This document shows positions 12,729 through 24,854 of a stretch of DNA of 64,000 nucleotides, in pieces. A program made the translations under genes and the position numbers. The notes under the pieces were generated by a model that saw only the letters and a list, made by a program, of their open reading frames with translations, was not told the DNA's origin and did not search any database. This DNA is from the human T2T-CHM13v2.0 reference genome, Homo sapiens, in assembly GCF_009914755.1 (NCBI RefSeq), contig NC_060929.1, one strand, 5' to 3'. Position 1 is the stretch's first letter. Each line of letters starts with the position of its first letter.

Positions 12729-13334
12729 TGAATCTCAGGCTCATGGGATCTGATCTGAGAAATCTACTTTACAAAGGATTTCCCACAGTCTCTTTTGCTG
12801 TATAAATTATCCAAAGTCGCTTATGTTCATAAATGCTCCTGGGGAATCATCAGGATGCATAGAGGGCCATATACAGTTCTGGATTTCAAGAGGAAACCCA
12901 GTTCTGTGGCTATGTAAATGTTAGATTTGCATGGCTTTGTAACTAGGATACACATTATGGTAAGATTTCTCCTGGCTCAAGGAGGCGTTTCCATAAGAAG
13001 GGACAACTGGAGGATTACTGAATGCTAGGTTTCATCCTATAGAAGAGAGACACTCTAGTGTTTTGACACACTCTACAAAGGGGTTCTTTTGGAACTTCAT
13101 TTTCTAAACTACCCTTCAGGGAATTCAAAATTGCTCAGCTGTATGCTGAATTTGATTCCACAAAAAACAGTGACAAGAACAAGGTCTCATTGTATTAGCT
13201 CACAGATATTTCCCTTCATTTCAGAGTGTGGATTCCTACAGCTATGTTAAACATTTATTTAAAAAAAAAAAAGGACAGGAAGGATGTGGATGAAGTCTTA
13301 AAGGGTAGGATTATGAGAGGTGTTTTTTTTTTAC

Positions 13335-14000
13335 TTATTTAAAAATTTTATTTTTAATTGATGAATAATTGTACATATTTATGGGGTACAATGTGATATT
13401 TCAATATACATTTACATTGTGGATGGATTAAATAAAGCTAATTAACATAACTATCACCTCATATTTATCACTTTTTGTGGTGAGAATATTTTCAAATCTA
13501 CTCTTTTAAGTGAAATAATAAACATTGGAGACTTCTAGAAGGTGGGAAGGTAGAATGGGGGTGAGGGATGAACTATTACCTATCAGGTAGAATGTACTCT
13601 ATTTAGATAGGTGCAGTAACAGCCCGGACTTCACCACTATGCAATAGATCCATGGAACACAACTGCACTTGTACCCGTAAGTCAAAAAGAAATTTTAAAA
13701 AAATTATAAAAAATAAACAAAATACCCAAAATCTATTCTTTTAGCAATGTTGAGATATATAATACATTATTAACTATAATCACCAAGTTGTGCAGATCTC
13801 TAAAACTTCTTCTTCTTGTGTAATTGAAATGTTATATGCTTTGAATGACATCTTCCCATACCCAATTGCTCCCCCTTCCCCTATCTCAACCCCCAACTCC
13901 GAAAACCAGCCCCGGGTAACCACCATTTTACTTTATACTTCTATGAGTTTGACTTTTTTTAGATTCCACATATAAGTGAGATCATGCAGTATTTGTGTGC
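13335..14000 (-). mobile_element. L1MA-type 3' end (host of a nested L1PB fragment)
   Basis: 'aattgtacatatttatggggtacaatgtgatatt...ttctatgagtttgactttttttagattccacatataagtgagatcatgcagtattt' matches the reverse-complement L1MA 3' UTR. Confidence 0.8.
13509..13727 (+). mobile_element. L1PB-type 3'-end fragment nested in the L1MA
   Basis: 'agcccggacttcaccactatgcaatagatccatggaacacaactgcacttgtaccc' plus A-rich tail; TSD aaatctactctttta / aaatctattctttta. Confidence 0.8.
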
Positions 14001-14593
14001 TTGGATGGAGTTTAAAATTTTACTTTTGCTCTTTTGAGATAATTCTATTTCTCAGTTTTCTGTAATAAGCATGTATAATTTTAAATACCACAAAGTAACT
14101 CACTCACTTTAAAAAACTTTTAGTTTCTCTGAATATGATGGCTAGGGAAACACTTACTTTTTTTTTTTTTTTTTTTTTTTTTCAGATGCAATGATTTCCC
14201 AGCAAAAGGAAAGCAAGGACAGGGAATGGAGAGATACCAATGTAGCAAATGTTACCTATGAGATCTCAGAATCAGGAAGGGGAAAAATGTTTTCTTCTCA
14301 GTATTATCCATTCCACTGTGTGACTCCTATAAACAGAATATTTTTAAATAAGACCTTTTCCCCATGTTTAGTAATAAGAGAGATTATCACTTATTAAGCA
14401 GCAAAAACATTGAATAGGTGTGTTTATTTTTTCTCTCAGAAGAGAGAATGGGCTCAGAGATTATGTTCTGTACATGCTCAGAGTCACAGAGTTAACAGAT
14501 CTCCGTGGGACTGCTGCACTCCACATCCTGTTGGTTAATACTTTGCTCTCCTGTCTTCGTGTGGAGCAAAATAATCCTCCAACAGTTGGGAAG

Positions 14594-16856
14594 TGATATG
14601 GTTTGGCTGTGTCCCCACTGAAATCTCAACTTGAATTGTATGTCCTAGAATTCCCATGTGTTGTGGGAGGGACCCAGGGGGAGTTAATTGAATCACGGGG
14701 ACTGGTCTTTCCCGTGCTATTCTCATGATAGTGAATAAGTCTCATGAGATCTGATGGGTTTATCAGGGGTTTCCACTTTTGCTTCTTCGTCATTTTCTCT
14801 TGCCGCTACCAAGTAAGAAGTGCTTTTTGCCTATTGCCATGATTCTGAGGCCTCCCCAGCCATGTGGAACCATATAAGTCCAATTAAACCTCTTTTTATT
14901 TCCATTCTCAGGTATGTCTTTATCAGCAGCATGAAAACAGACTAATACAGCAAATTGGTACCAGGAGTGGGGTGTTGCTGAAGAGATACCCCAAAATGTG
15001 GAAGCAACTTTGGAACTGGGTAACAGGCAGAGATTGGAAAAGTTTGAAGGGCTCAGAAGAAGAAAGGAAAATGTGGGAAAGTTTGGAACTTCCTAGAGAC
15101 TTGTTGAATGGCTGTGTCCAAAATGCTGATAGCGATATGGACAATAAAATCCAAGTTGAGGTGGTCTCAGATGGAAATGAGGAACTTGTTGGGAACTGGA
15201 GCAAAGGTGACTCTTGTTATGTTTTAGCAAAGAGACTGGTGGCATTTTGCCCCTGCCCTAGAGATTTGTGAAACTTTGAACTTGAGAGAGATGATTTAGG
15301 GTATCTGGCAGAAGAAATTTCTAAGCAGCAAAGCATTCAAGAGGTGATGTCAGTACTGTTAAAGGCATTTAGTTTTAAAAGGGAAACAGAGCATAAAAGT
15401 TCAGAAAATTTGCAGCCTGAATATGCAAAAACCCATTTTCTGGGGAGAAATTCAAGCTGGCTGCAGTAATTTGCATAAGTAGCAGGAGCCTAATGTTAAT
15501 CCCCAAGACCATGGGGAAAATGTCTCCAGGCCATGTGAGAGACCTTCATGACAGCCCCTCCCATCACAGGCCCAGAGGCCCAGGGGGAAAAAGTGGTTTC
15601 CAGGACTGGGCCCAGGTCCTCATGCTATGTGCAGTTTAGGGACTTGGTGCCCTGTATCCCAGCTGCTCCAGCTGTGGCTGAAAAGGGCCAACATACAGCT
15701 TGGGCCTGCGGTTTCAGAAGGTGGAAGCCTCAAGCCTTGGCAGCTTCCATGTGGTATTGAGCCTGTGGGTGCACAGAAGTGAAGAACTGAGGTTTGGGAA
15801 CCTCCACCTAGATTTCAGAAGATGTATGGAAACACCTGGATGCCCAGGCAAAAGTTTGCTGCAGGGGCAGGGCCCTCATGGAGAACCTCTGCTAGGGCAG
15901 TGTGGAAGGGAAATGTGGGGTTGGAGCCCCCACACAGAGTCCCTACTGGGGTACTGCCTAGTGAAGCTGTGAAAAGAGGGCCACCATCCTCTAGACCCCA
16001 TAATGGTAGATCCACTGACAGTTTGCACTATGTGCCTGGAAAAGCTGCAGACACTCAATGCCAACCCATGAAAGCAGCCAGGAGGGAGGCTATACCCTGC
16101 AAAGCCACAGGGGCAGAGCTGCCTAAGACTCTTACATCAGTGTGACCTGGATATGAGACCTGGAGTCAAAGGAGATCATTTTGGAGCTTTAAAATTTGAC
16201 TGCCTCTCTGGATTTCAGACACTTGCATAGGCTCAGTAACCCCTTTGTTTTGGCCAGTATCTCACATTTTGAATAGCTGGATTTATCCAATACCTGTACC
16301 CCCATTGTATCTAGGAAGTAACTAGCTTGCTTTTGATTTTAAAGGCTCATAGGTAGAAGGGACTTACCTTGTCTCAGATGAGACTTTGGACTGTGGACTT
16401 TTGGGTTAATGCTGAAATGAGTTAAGACTTTGGGGGACTACTGGGGAGGCATGATTAGTTTTGAAATGTGGAGACGTGAAATTTGGAGGGGCCAAGGGCA
16501 GAATGATATGGTTTGGCTGTGTCCCCACCAAATCTCAACCTGAATTGTATCTCCCAGAATTCCCACATGTTGTGGGAGGGACCCAGGCAGAGGTAATTGC
16601 ATCATGAGGGCCAGTCTTTCCCGTGCTAGTCTCATAATAGTGAATAAGTCTCATGAGAGCTAATGGGTTTATCAGGGGTTTTCACTTTTGCTTCTTCCTC
16701 ATTTTCTCTTGCCGCCACCATGTAAGAAGTGCCTTTCACCTCCTGACATGCTTCTGAGGCCTCCCCAGACATGTGGAACTGTAAGTCCAATTAAACCTCT
16801 TTTTATTCCTAGTCTTGGGTATGTCTTCATCATCAGCATAAAAATGGACTAATACA
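14594..16856 (+). mobile_element. Full-length THE1A (ERVL-MaLR) provirus: LTR 14594-14949, internal region 14950-16503, LTR 16504-16856
   Basis: Two direct LTRs of about 355 bp, each running tgatatggtttggctgtgtcccca...gactaataca. Internal region starts 'gcaaattggtacc' and ends in the purine tract 'ggaggggccaagggcagaa'. Broken THE1-int ORF (WKQLWNWVTGR...LVAFCPCPRDL). Flanks gggaag / gggaaa are an imperfect TSD. Confidence 0.95.
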
Positions 16857-17569
16857 GGGAAATTAAACTTATATCATTAAAAAGAGAGGTGATCAGGGAA
16901 GCCTGAATTGGCATGAGGAGTCTGACCAGGAAATGTAGCCAAAAGATATTCTCTGCATTCCAAGAAGAAACCGATGAGGCCTTCGAGGCTCACAGTGGAA
17001 AGGGTTAGAGAGGAAGATTCAGCCATGTACGAGGTGTGAGTTTGGAGAGAAAAACACAGATTAGATGTATCTTCCTGCTGAAGCCATACACAACACACCA
17101 GCTGGCTCCTTTTCCAATCCATGCTCTATCAGCTAATCCAACAATCATATTTTGTTATTCTTCTCATAAATAAAATGTTGTATGTGTGACAAAGACATCC
17201 CTGACAGGAGACTGCACTCCAAGTAAGTTAGAATGAATGGTGACAAAAATGGGATGTTTTCAGGTATACAGAATAATTGCCAGTTACTGGCACTTAAAAT
17301 GGCTGCAAAATCTGTGGTACTGCTGGGTACCTGATGTTTGCTGCAGCCTCAGGACTCTGATGCCTGGACTTTTTCAGGGTCTTATAGTATCCATTGGCTT
17401 TCTGTTTATAGTGCTAATGGAAAATTAAAATTATTTTGCAAGAGACCTTAACTATACTGTACTATGAGTACTTTATGTGGCAGAGAGAAGGCCAACTTGC
17501 ATTTCTGTATATTCTTCTCCTTTCCCTCTTCATTTTCCGTGGCTTCCCGTAGAGTTTAACTGACTAATT

Positions 17570-17805
17570 AAGAGCTTGGGCTTTGAAGTCAGATGGATCT
17601 GAGGGTCAAAGCACATTTCTGCCATCTATTAGCTGCAAAACCTTGGGAGAGTCAGTCACCCTCATTCTCAATTTCCTTCTCTGTAAAACAGTGAAGAAAA
17701 TCTTTCCACTTTTCATGAAGGAGGTGTGCAGATGAAATGACATAATGCAAATAAAGGAGCTAGCACACTGCCTGACATCTGATAAATCCTCAATAAGTTT
17801 TAGGA
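17570..17805 (+). mobile_element. MIR SINE
   Basis: 'agagcttgggctttgaagtcagatggatctg...ctcaatttccttctctgtaaaa...tagcacactgcctgacat'. Confidence 0.7.
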
Positions 17806-19885
17806 AAACAACAATGTAACACAACTGACAAGAATTTGGACAGAGTGGGTATGTCCATTGAACTTTTTTTTTGTCTTTCCTCTATGAGAAGTTTGCCATC
17901 TCATCATGGGGTCATATTAATTTCTCTAACTATATTGTTAGCTATAGCCTTTCTTTTTGACCCCAAAGTTAGAGCGTAAATATCTCCCACTAACTTGATG
18001 ATTAAGATAAGGTCCAGGAACTTTTTCCCGTTTACGGTTTAAAAACAACCTTCTGTGGAGATTTTTGATGGAATGTAGGGATATTTATGACTCAGGCCTC
18101 CTGGAAAAGTCCTTGATGCTGACTCATTCATTATCACAAGAAAGGAGGAGGCAGCTGAAATCACCACTCATTTATTCTGCTTCTAACTTACGGTGAAAGG
18201 TCAAAGGTAAGTCACTCCACATAGGGCTGAGTATGAGAATAAGAATTTCAATAACTTCTTTTGACCACAAGAGAAAACAGCATTTCTAATGCACATACAT
18301 TGATAAAAATTTTTGCAAGGACCTCTTTAATACAAGTGCTATAGCACTGATAAATGATAATATTTAGTCTGAAGCCTCAGGCTTCCAGCTACCAATACAC
18401 AGAAACTACGGTTTTTCCACAGAGCAAGTGAAAACCAATGGGAGGATGGACAAAAATAGAAAGGAGGCATGATTTGGAATTTCCACAGTGACTATGGCCT
18501 TGAAATCAGGAACAAAGGGCAATCTTGCAGAGGTATAAGAGGAAATATAAAAGGTTTTGTAGAACAAACCTGGAAGTGAATTCCAGTTGAAACCATGCTC
18601 ATGGTAAAACATATTTTTACCACAAACAATAACAGCATTAATAGCACTGTCACCATCAGACTATAATAGGCAACAAATACAACATCAATAAAATTTATTG
18701 TATGTAAAAAGCTTAGGAATATGCAAATCAATAGAAGAGGAATACTACTAAGTAACAAGTATTTGAGTACTTTGTGTCAAGTGCTCAGCTACAAACTCTA
18801 AATGATTTTTTCATTTACTCCTCAAATAGCACTATGAGATTGACTCCACCTCCATATAGACTGTAGCTGGGGCACTCCAGGCTTATAGATGTTATACAAC
18901 TTGTTCAAGACCACACAGTTAATGAAGGAGGCTGATTCTAAAGCCCATCTTCTGCTATTGCTGCTTCAGCAAAGTTGTGTTGAAAACAATGCTATCTATT
19001 GGCCATAAATTACTGATACACACTCACGGCAAAAATTATTTTTACATATTTAACATTATTCTTGGCTCTAGATACAGGATATAGGGGAGAATATGGGCCG
19101 AATTTGGACTTCTAGGTCACCATGAACTCTCAGCATCACTTCCTTTACAAATGTAAATCAGTGGGAGGTGCTGTTCCCGCAATCTGGTTACTCATATTCT
19201 TCCCTAAATATGCAAGTAACCCACTCAGTGCAAGTTATGTGGGAACATGGGATAAAACTTCCAGTATTTCCAAAGTACAGGGCTGGGTGGTCAAAAAACA
19301 GTGGCAGTATGGGACTGCTAAATGTTATTTGGTGCAATGCCAACATAAATAGTTTTGCAAGATATAAAATTAATTGGGGGTGAGGGGCTTCTTCCAGTTT
19401 CAACACAGCAGATACCCCAACAGAACTACCCTTGGCCCATATTTTAAATAAATGAATAAGCTCTCTAATTATAAATATTCTAAATGAGTAAATAGAAGAC
19501 TACCCATTAACATTTGGCTTTCAGTAAGAAGTATGTGAACTAATACAAGTAGACTTGCTAAAGCTTGAGACTAGAGAGAGAAGATGACAGGATACTGAAT
19601 TCCCATATTAAAGTTGTTCTAAGCTTGGGCTAGAGCTTTAGACTAACCTCCCTCCAAGTCTAGAATTGGCAACCAGTTTGAGAAGGTCATAAGTAGATCT
19701 GGGGCAAGGAAAACAAAACCACACACAGACACACACACACACAAACACACACACGTCATTTATATGGTAGCATAGGCTATAATTACTATCATGGGTGAAT
19801 TCAGCTTACCAGGACCCTACTCAAGGTCTTTGCAATATATGTGCTGGAAAGTACTGATTTTGTATTGAATTTGAGTCATGACAAT

Positions 19886-19983
19886 AGCAGCAGCAGCAGT
19901 AGTAGTGGTGGTGGTAGTAATAGTAGACAGTAATAACGGCAGTAGTAGTAGTGGTGGTGGTAGTAATAGTAGTGGTAGTAATA
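19886..19983. repeat. Degenerate (AGT/GGT/AGC)n trinucleotide tract at a MIR tail
   Basis: agcagcagcagcagtagtagtggtggtggtagtaatagtag..., with the block agtagtagtggtggtggtagtaatagtag present twice. Confidence 0.85.
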
Positions 19984-20590
19984 ACAGCTAACATTTATTG
20001 AGCATTTCCAGGAATTGTTTTAAGTGCTTTACATATATTACCTCATAGGGTTGTTGTGAAGATAAAATGAGTTAGGTTTTTTTTTTTTTTTTGAGACAGG
20101 GTTTTACTCTGTTGCTGAGGCTGGAGGGCAGTGGCATGATCACAGCTCACTGCAGCCTTAACTTCCCTGGCTCAAGCAGATCCTCCCACCTTCGCCTCCC
20201 AAGTAGCTGGGACTACAGATGCACACCACCATACCTGGCTAATGTTTTTATTTTTTTGTAGAGATGGGGCCTCCCTACATTGCCCAGGCTGGTCTTGAAC
20301 TCCCGGGCTCAAGAATTCCTCCTGCCTTGGCCTCCCAATCTGCTGGGATTACAGGTATGAGCCTGGCCATTAGCCATTTTTAACAGATGGAGAAACTGTG
20401 TTAAATGCCCTGTATACAATATCTCATTCAGTTCTCATAACTACCTATCTACTTTATTATTCCCACTTTGCAGGTGAGGAAACTGAGGCACAGACTGGTT
20501 ACTTATGGTCCTACAACTCAATAGGTTCAAGAACTAGAATTCACTTCCAGGATTGTTTGATTTCAAAGCTCATGTTCTGAACTGCTACAT
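19983..20590 (-). mobile_element. MIR copies interrupted by an AluJ
   Basis: 'aacagctaacatttattgagc' (MIR 3' end, reverse) and 'cccactttgcaggtgaggaaactgaggcacag'. Confidence 0.7.
20077..20368 (-). mobile_element. AluJ
   Basis: T16 tail, 'gatcacagctcactgcagcc...gctcaagc', 'tgtagagatgggg', ending 'gagcctggcc'. Confidence 0.93.
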
Positions 20591-20856
20591 TACAGTTTTG
20601 GTACCAGTATTACCCCTCATCCTGGCCATATTCCAGACACCCCACCCCCTGGCCATGCTTCTCTCTCCCACTCTGTCTGTCCTCGTGAGACTGAGATGCA
20701 GCATCTTTCAAACTGAGACCCTCTGCTGTCAAATTGGATAAAATCAATGTCTACCTCAAAGTGCTGGTGTGACAACCAAATCCTATAACGTATAGAGAGG
20801 ATTTGCCTGGTACCTTCCATATAAAGACCTGATGATACTTATGTTTTGGAATTCTA

Positions 20857-20924
20857 TTAGACTGGTGCAAAAGTAATTGCAGATTTTGATGGCAAAAGCT
20901 ACAATTACTGTTGCACCAACCTAA
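20857..20924. mobile_element. MADE1 (Hsmar1-derived mariner MITE), internally deleted
   Basis: Terminal inverted repeats ttagactggtgcaaaagtaattgcag ... ctacaattactgttgcaccaacctaa. Confidence 0.9.
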
Positions 20925-21091
20925 ATCATCACTTTTATTACCCGCCCCTTTCTCTGCCAATAGCATTTCCTTCCAGGGATCAGAAGGAAGCTGAGGATGA
21001 ATTTCTCTAGAAGAAGTAAGAAGGCCAAGGGTTAATGTGTAAGAGATGAACTGAGCTAGATGAGAGGGAAAGGAGAGGTGGAATTGCTTTG

Positions 21092-21325
21092 AATTTCATT
21101 GCTAGGAACCGCGATCTTTTTTATTATTTGTATAAATCACTTGGCTGTGAAGACACCACAGGCCAAGCCTCCGAGTGTGCCGATGATAATAAATTGGGTA
21201 GCACAATAAATAACAGGTAAAATCAGGCTGCCAAATGAAGCAGGATTTAGATCATTTAAATCCCAGGCTATGAGTTGTCAAATCCAGTTTAATACTGATA
21301 AGTGTGGGATAATAACTTTTAGCAA
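21092..21325 (+). mobile_element. Ancient CR1/L3-clade LINE reverse-transcriptase fragment
   Basis: Manual translation across frameshifts gives SLLGTAIFFIICINHL, SECADDNKLGSTINN, KQDLDHL and CQIQFNTDKCGIITFS. These are colinear with the CR1 ORF2 motifs SVLGPxLFxIxINDL, SKFADDTKLG, QxDLDxL and WQMxFNxDKCxVxHxG. Confidence 0.7.
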
Positions 21326-21973
21326 ACAGTCCCCTCCCACCAAAACCCCCCCCACAATCCTTCTACTCTCTTCTCCCACCCCTTGCAAACAGACAGAGAA
21401 CCCTGAGGGGATTTGCAGAATGAAAAGGCATGGTATATACTGACCAGATATGAGTCCAAGTTATTACATAATAATCCCAGAGCCTCAGCTTGGGCTGAGA
21501 GCAAATAGGAAGAGCTAATAGAATGCTGCAAGGTTCGATTAGCTGCAAAGGAGATTCTAAATCAGAGCAGGTTTTATATGATTAAATTGGATGGGGGAAA
21601 AAAAGAGTCTCACACTCAGGTATAATGGAAAAGTGGAAAGGATAAGGGAAATATAAAACCATGGACGTTGCTGGAATGGCTATGGAGTGGCCTGAGGGTA
21701 GAGTCAACGCTGAGGGACACTTGTCAAAACAAGAGACAACTTAGCCAGCAGTTCTCAGTAGCTGTGACTGTTCTTACAAGACTCACACCCACATTCAGAG
21801 ATATAGCAGCAGGATCCTACCTGATGACACTGGAATTTCAGGAATAAAGAGTCATCTATTGCTTGATTTGATGATGATAACCTATTTCATTCATTCAACA
21901 AGTATTTATTGAATACCAAATATGTGGTGGGCATTATTATTTATGATTGCATAAAATAGACTGTGATGGTGAC

Positions 21974-22351
21974 TGATTTAGTTTGGCTGTGTCCCCACCC
22001 AAATCTCATCTTGAATTGTAGTTCCCATAATCCCCACGTGTTATGGGAGGGACCAGGTGGAGATAATTGAATCATGGGAGCAGTTTCCCCCATCCTGTTC
22101 TTATGAGAGTGAGTTAGTTCTCATGAGATCTGATGGTTTCATAAGCAGCTTTTCCCTTCACTGGGCACACATTATTCTCCTTCCTGCCTCCATGTGAAGA
22201 AGGATGTGTTTGCTTCCCCTTTTGACACGATTTTAAGTTTCCTGAGGCCTCCCCAGCCATACTGAACTGTGAGTCAATTAAACCTCTTTCCTTTATAAGT
22301 TACCCATTCTTGGGTATGTCTTTATTAGCAGCGTGAGAACAGACTAATACA
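21974..22351 (+). mobile_element. Solo THE1 LTR (THE1C-like)
   Basis: tgatttagtttggctgtgtccccacccaaatctcatcttg...gagaacagactaataca; perfect 5-bp TSD GTGAC at 21969-21973 and 22352-22356. Confidence 0.93.
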
Positions 22352-22356
22352 GTGAC

Positions 22357-22575
22357 AATAACTAACAACTGAGCGTTATGCCCTGCCACATATTTTACAT
22401 GCATTTGCTCCTTCAGTCATCACAGAAATCTTATGATCTAGTTGTTATTATTACCATCATTTTAAAAATGAGTAAACTGAGGCCCGGAGAGATAACTAAC
22501 TTGCTCCAGATCGTGCAGGAAGAAATGATGCTGACATCCAAACCTCATATGTCTAAAGCCCATCTGCTTTAACAT
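22357..22575 (-). mobile_element. MIR SINE
   Basis: 'cattttaaaaatgagtaaactgaggcccggagagataactaacttgctccagatc'. Confidence 0.7.
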
Positions 22576-22909
22576 GCCTCCAAATGAAGAAGTGAATCAT
22601 AGCAGCCATCGTAAGTCTTGAGGACATCTCTGCCATCTTCTTCCCAGCCCCCAGCACCACCCCCTTTCCTAGGTGTGTACATGGGTACATCCCACAATTG
22701 GTATTTGAACTAAAGTGAATGAGAATGTTCTGACTCCGGTGTAATCTGTTAATTACTATTAATACCACCATGAGGGCACAAAAGCAGGATTGCAGCTTTG
22801 TGTTTTCATCCCTGCTCAGTCATTACCTAGTGGTATACATTTCTGGATCACCTTTGGCATCTCTAGTTGGTTCTTTTTAGAACCTATAACATACATTTAC
22901 TCTCTAACC

Positions 22910-23208
22910 CAGGACTGTTCAATAGAAATAATGTGAGCCATATATAATTTTTAATTTTCTAATGGTAACATTTAAAAAATAAAAACAGGTAAAATTAATC
23001 ATATATAGCATTTTATTTAACTCAATTTATTGAAATATCCTTTTAACATGTAATGAATACAAAATATTACTAAGTTATTTTACTGTCTTATTTTCATGCT
23101 AAGTCTTCAAATCCTGGTGTGTATTTCATACTTACAGCACATCTCAATTTTGACTAGCCACATTTCAAGGGTTCAGTAGCTACTGGGGACTTCATACTGG
23201 CAGAGAGC
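22910..23208. mobile_element. MER33 (hAT-Charlie)
   Basis: 'ctgttcaatagaaataatgtgagcca...tacttacagcacatctcaattttgactagccacatttcaag'. Confidence 0.8.
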
Positions 23209-23745
23209 TTTAGCTGCACTGTGAATGTTCATTGACTTGTCCTGATTAGGACAAGTGCCTTCTAGGCATATAGGAGCTGTGCCTTCTAGTAGTATTTTTT
23301 GGGTGTCTACTTCATGCAAAGACCTAGAGTGGGCATTTTGATACATATTATGCTTCATCTTGCCAGTAGCTTTCCAAGAAAACATCGTTGGCTCCACATT
23401 ACAGATAAAGAGCCTGAAGAAAGTTACTGGAAGCTCCAAGACTGTAGAGAGTATTTACTTTTACCTCTTTAACACTTAGCACATTGCCTTGCACAGAGCA
23501 TGATTCAACAAATATCTATGGAATCAATGGAAGGTTACTTGTCAAACCTGCAGAAGAGCTGGGATTTGAATCAGGTATGCCTGATTTTAAAGCTTGTACT
23601 TTTTGATCCATTCCGCTTTTTTTTGCCACATTAGTAATATACTAATTTGCCCCTAAGTAATATACAGTGAAGAATAAACAATGCTTATTTAGTATATAAG
23701 CCTTTCATCCCAGTGAAAAAATTTATAAATGGGAAACTCCAGTCA

Positions 23746-23997
<252 letters not shown>

Positions 23998-24134
23998 CTA
24001 CTCAGACCTGGGGACTATGTTCGACCTTGAAGGTACAAAGACCATCAACACATGATTGTCACTCTCAGTGTGGTTTGGAAGATATGCCATAGAGTGTTTA
24101 GTACAGTTAGGTGATATAAAAAATCTTAGCTTCG

Positions 24135-24453
<319 letters not shown>

Positions 24454-24854
24454 CTAGTTGGAAGTGACTTTAAACGTCATCTTATTTTATTCATAATTTG
24501 GTACTAAATTACATACTAGCAAGATTTCACCTGGGGAACTCTTGTATTCCCAACAGTAGGTTCTTGAAAGGAGGGAGAAATACATCTTTACTCCCCAAAG
24601 TATTTTGCACAGTGTTAAGCAAATGACGGTTGAACAACTCCTAGTTAACTGCCCTCAGCTCTCTGTCTCCTTCTGTGTGTACCAAGGAACCAAGAGTCAG
24701 ATTCCTCATGGGCAGAGAGCACCTTGGTCAGATGTCGTTAAAGTTCTAATTATAGACCATACTTCTCAGGGAGGATATAGGTAGAGTTCTTTATTCTAGC
24801 TTATACTAGAGAACAATAAAACTAATTATACTGAGGGTTTTTTAATCAGATTAA

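Noticed and set aside
14972-16145. Several overlapping 60-107 aa ORFs suggesting a gene
   Set aside because: They are broken pieces of the THE1 internal ORF and its alternative frames.
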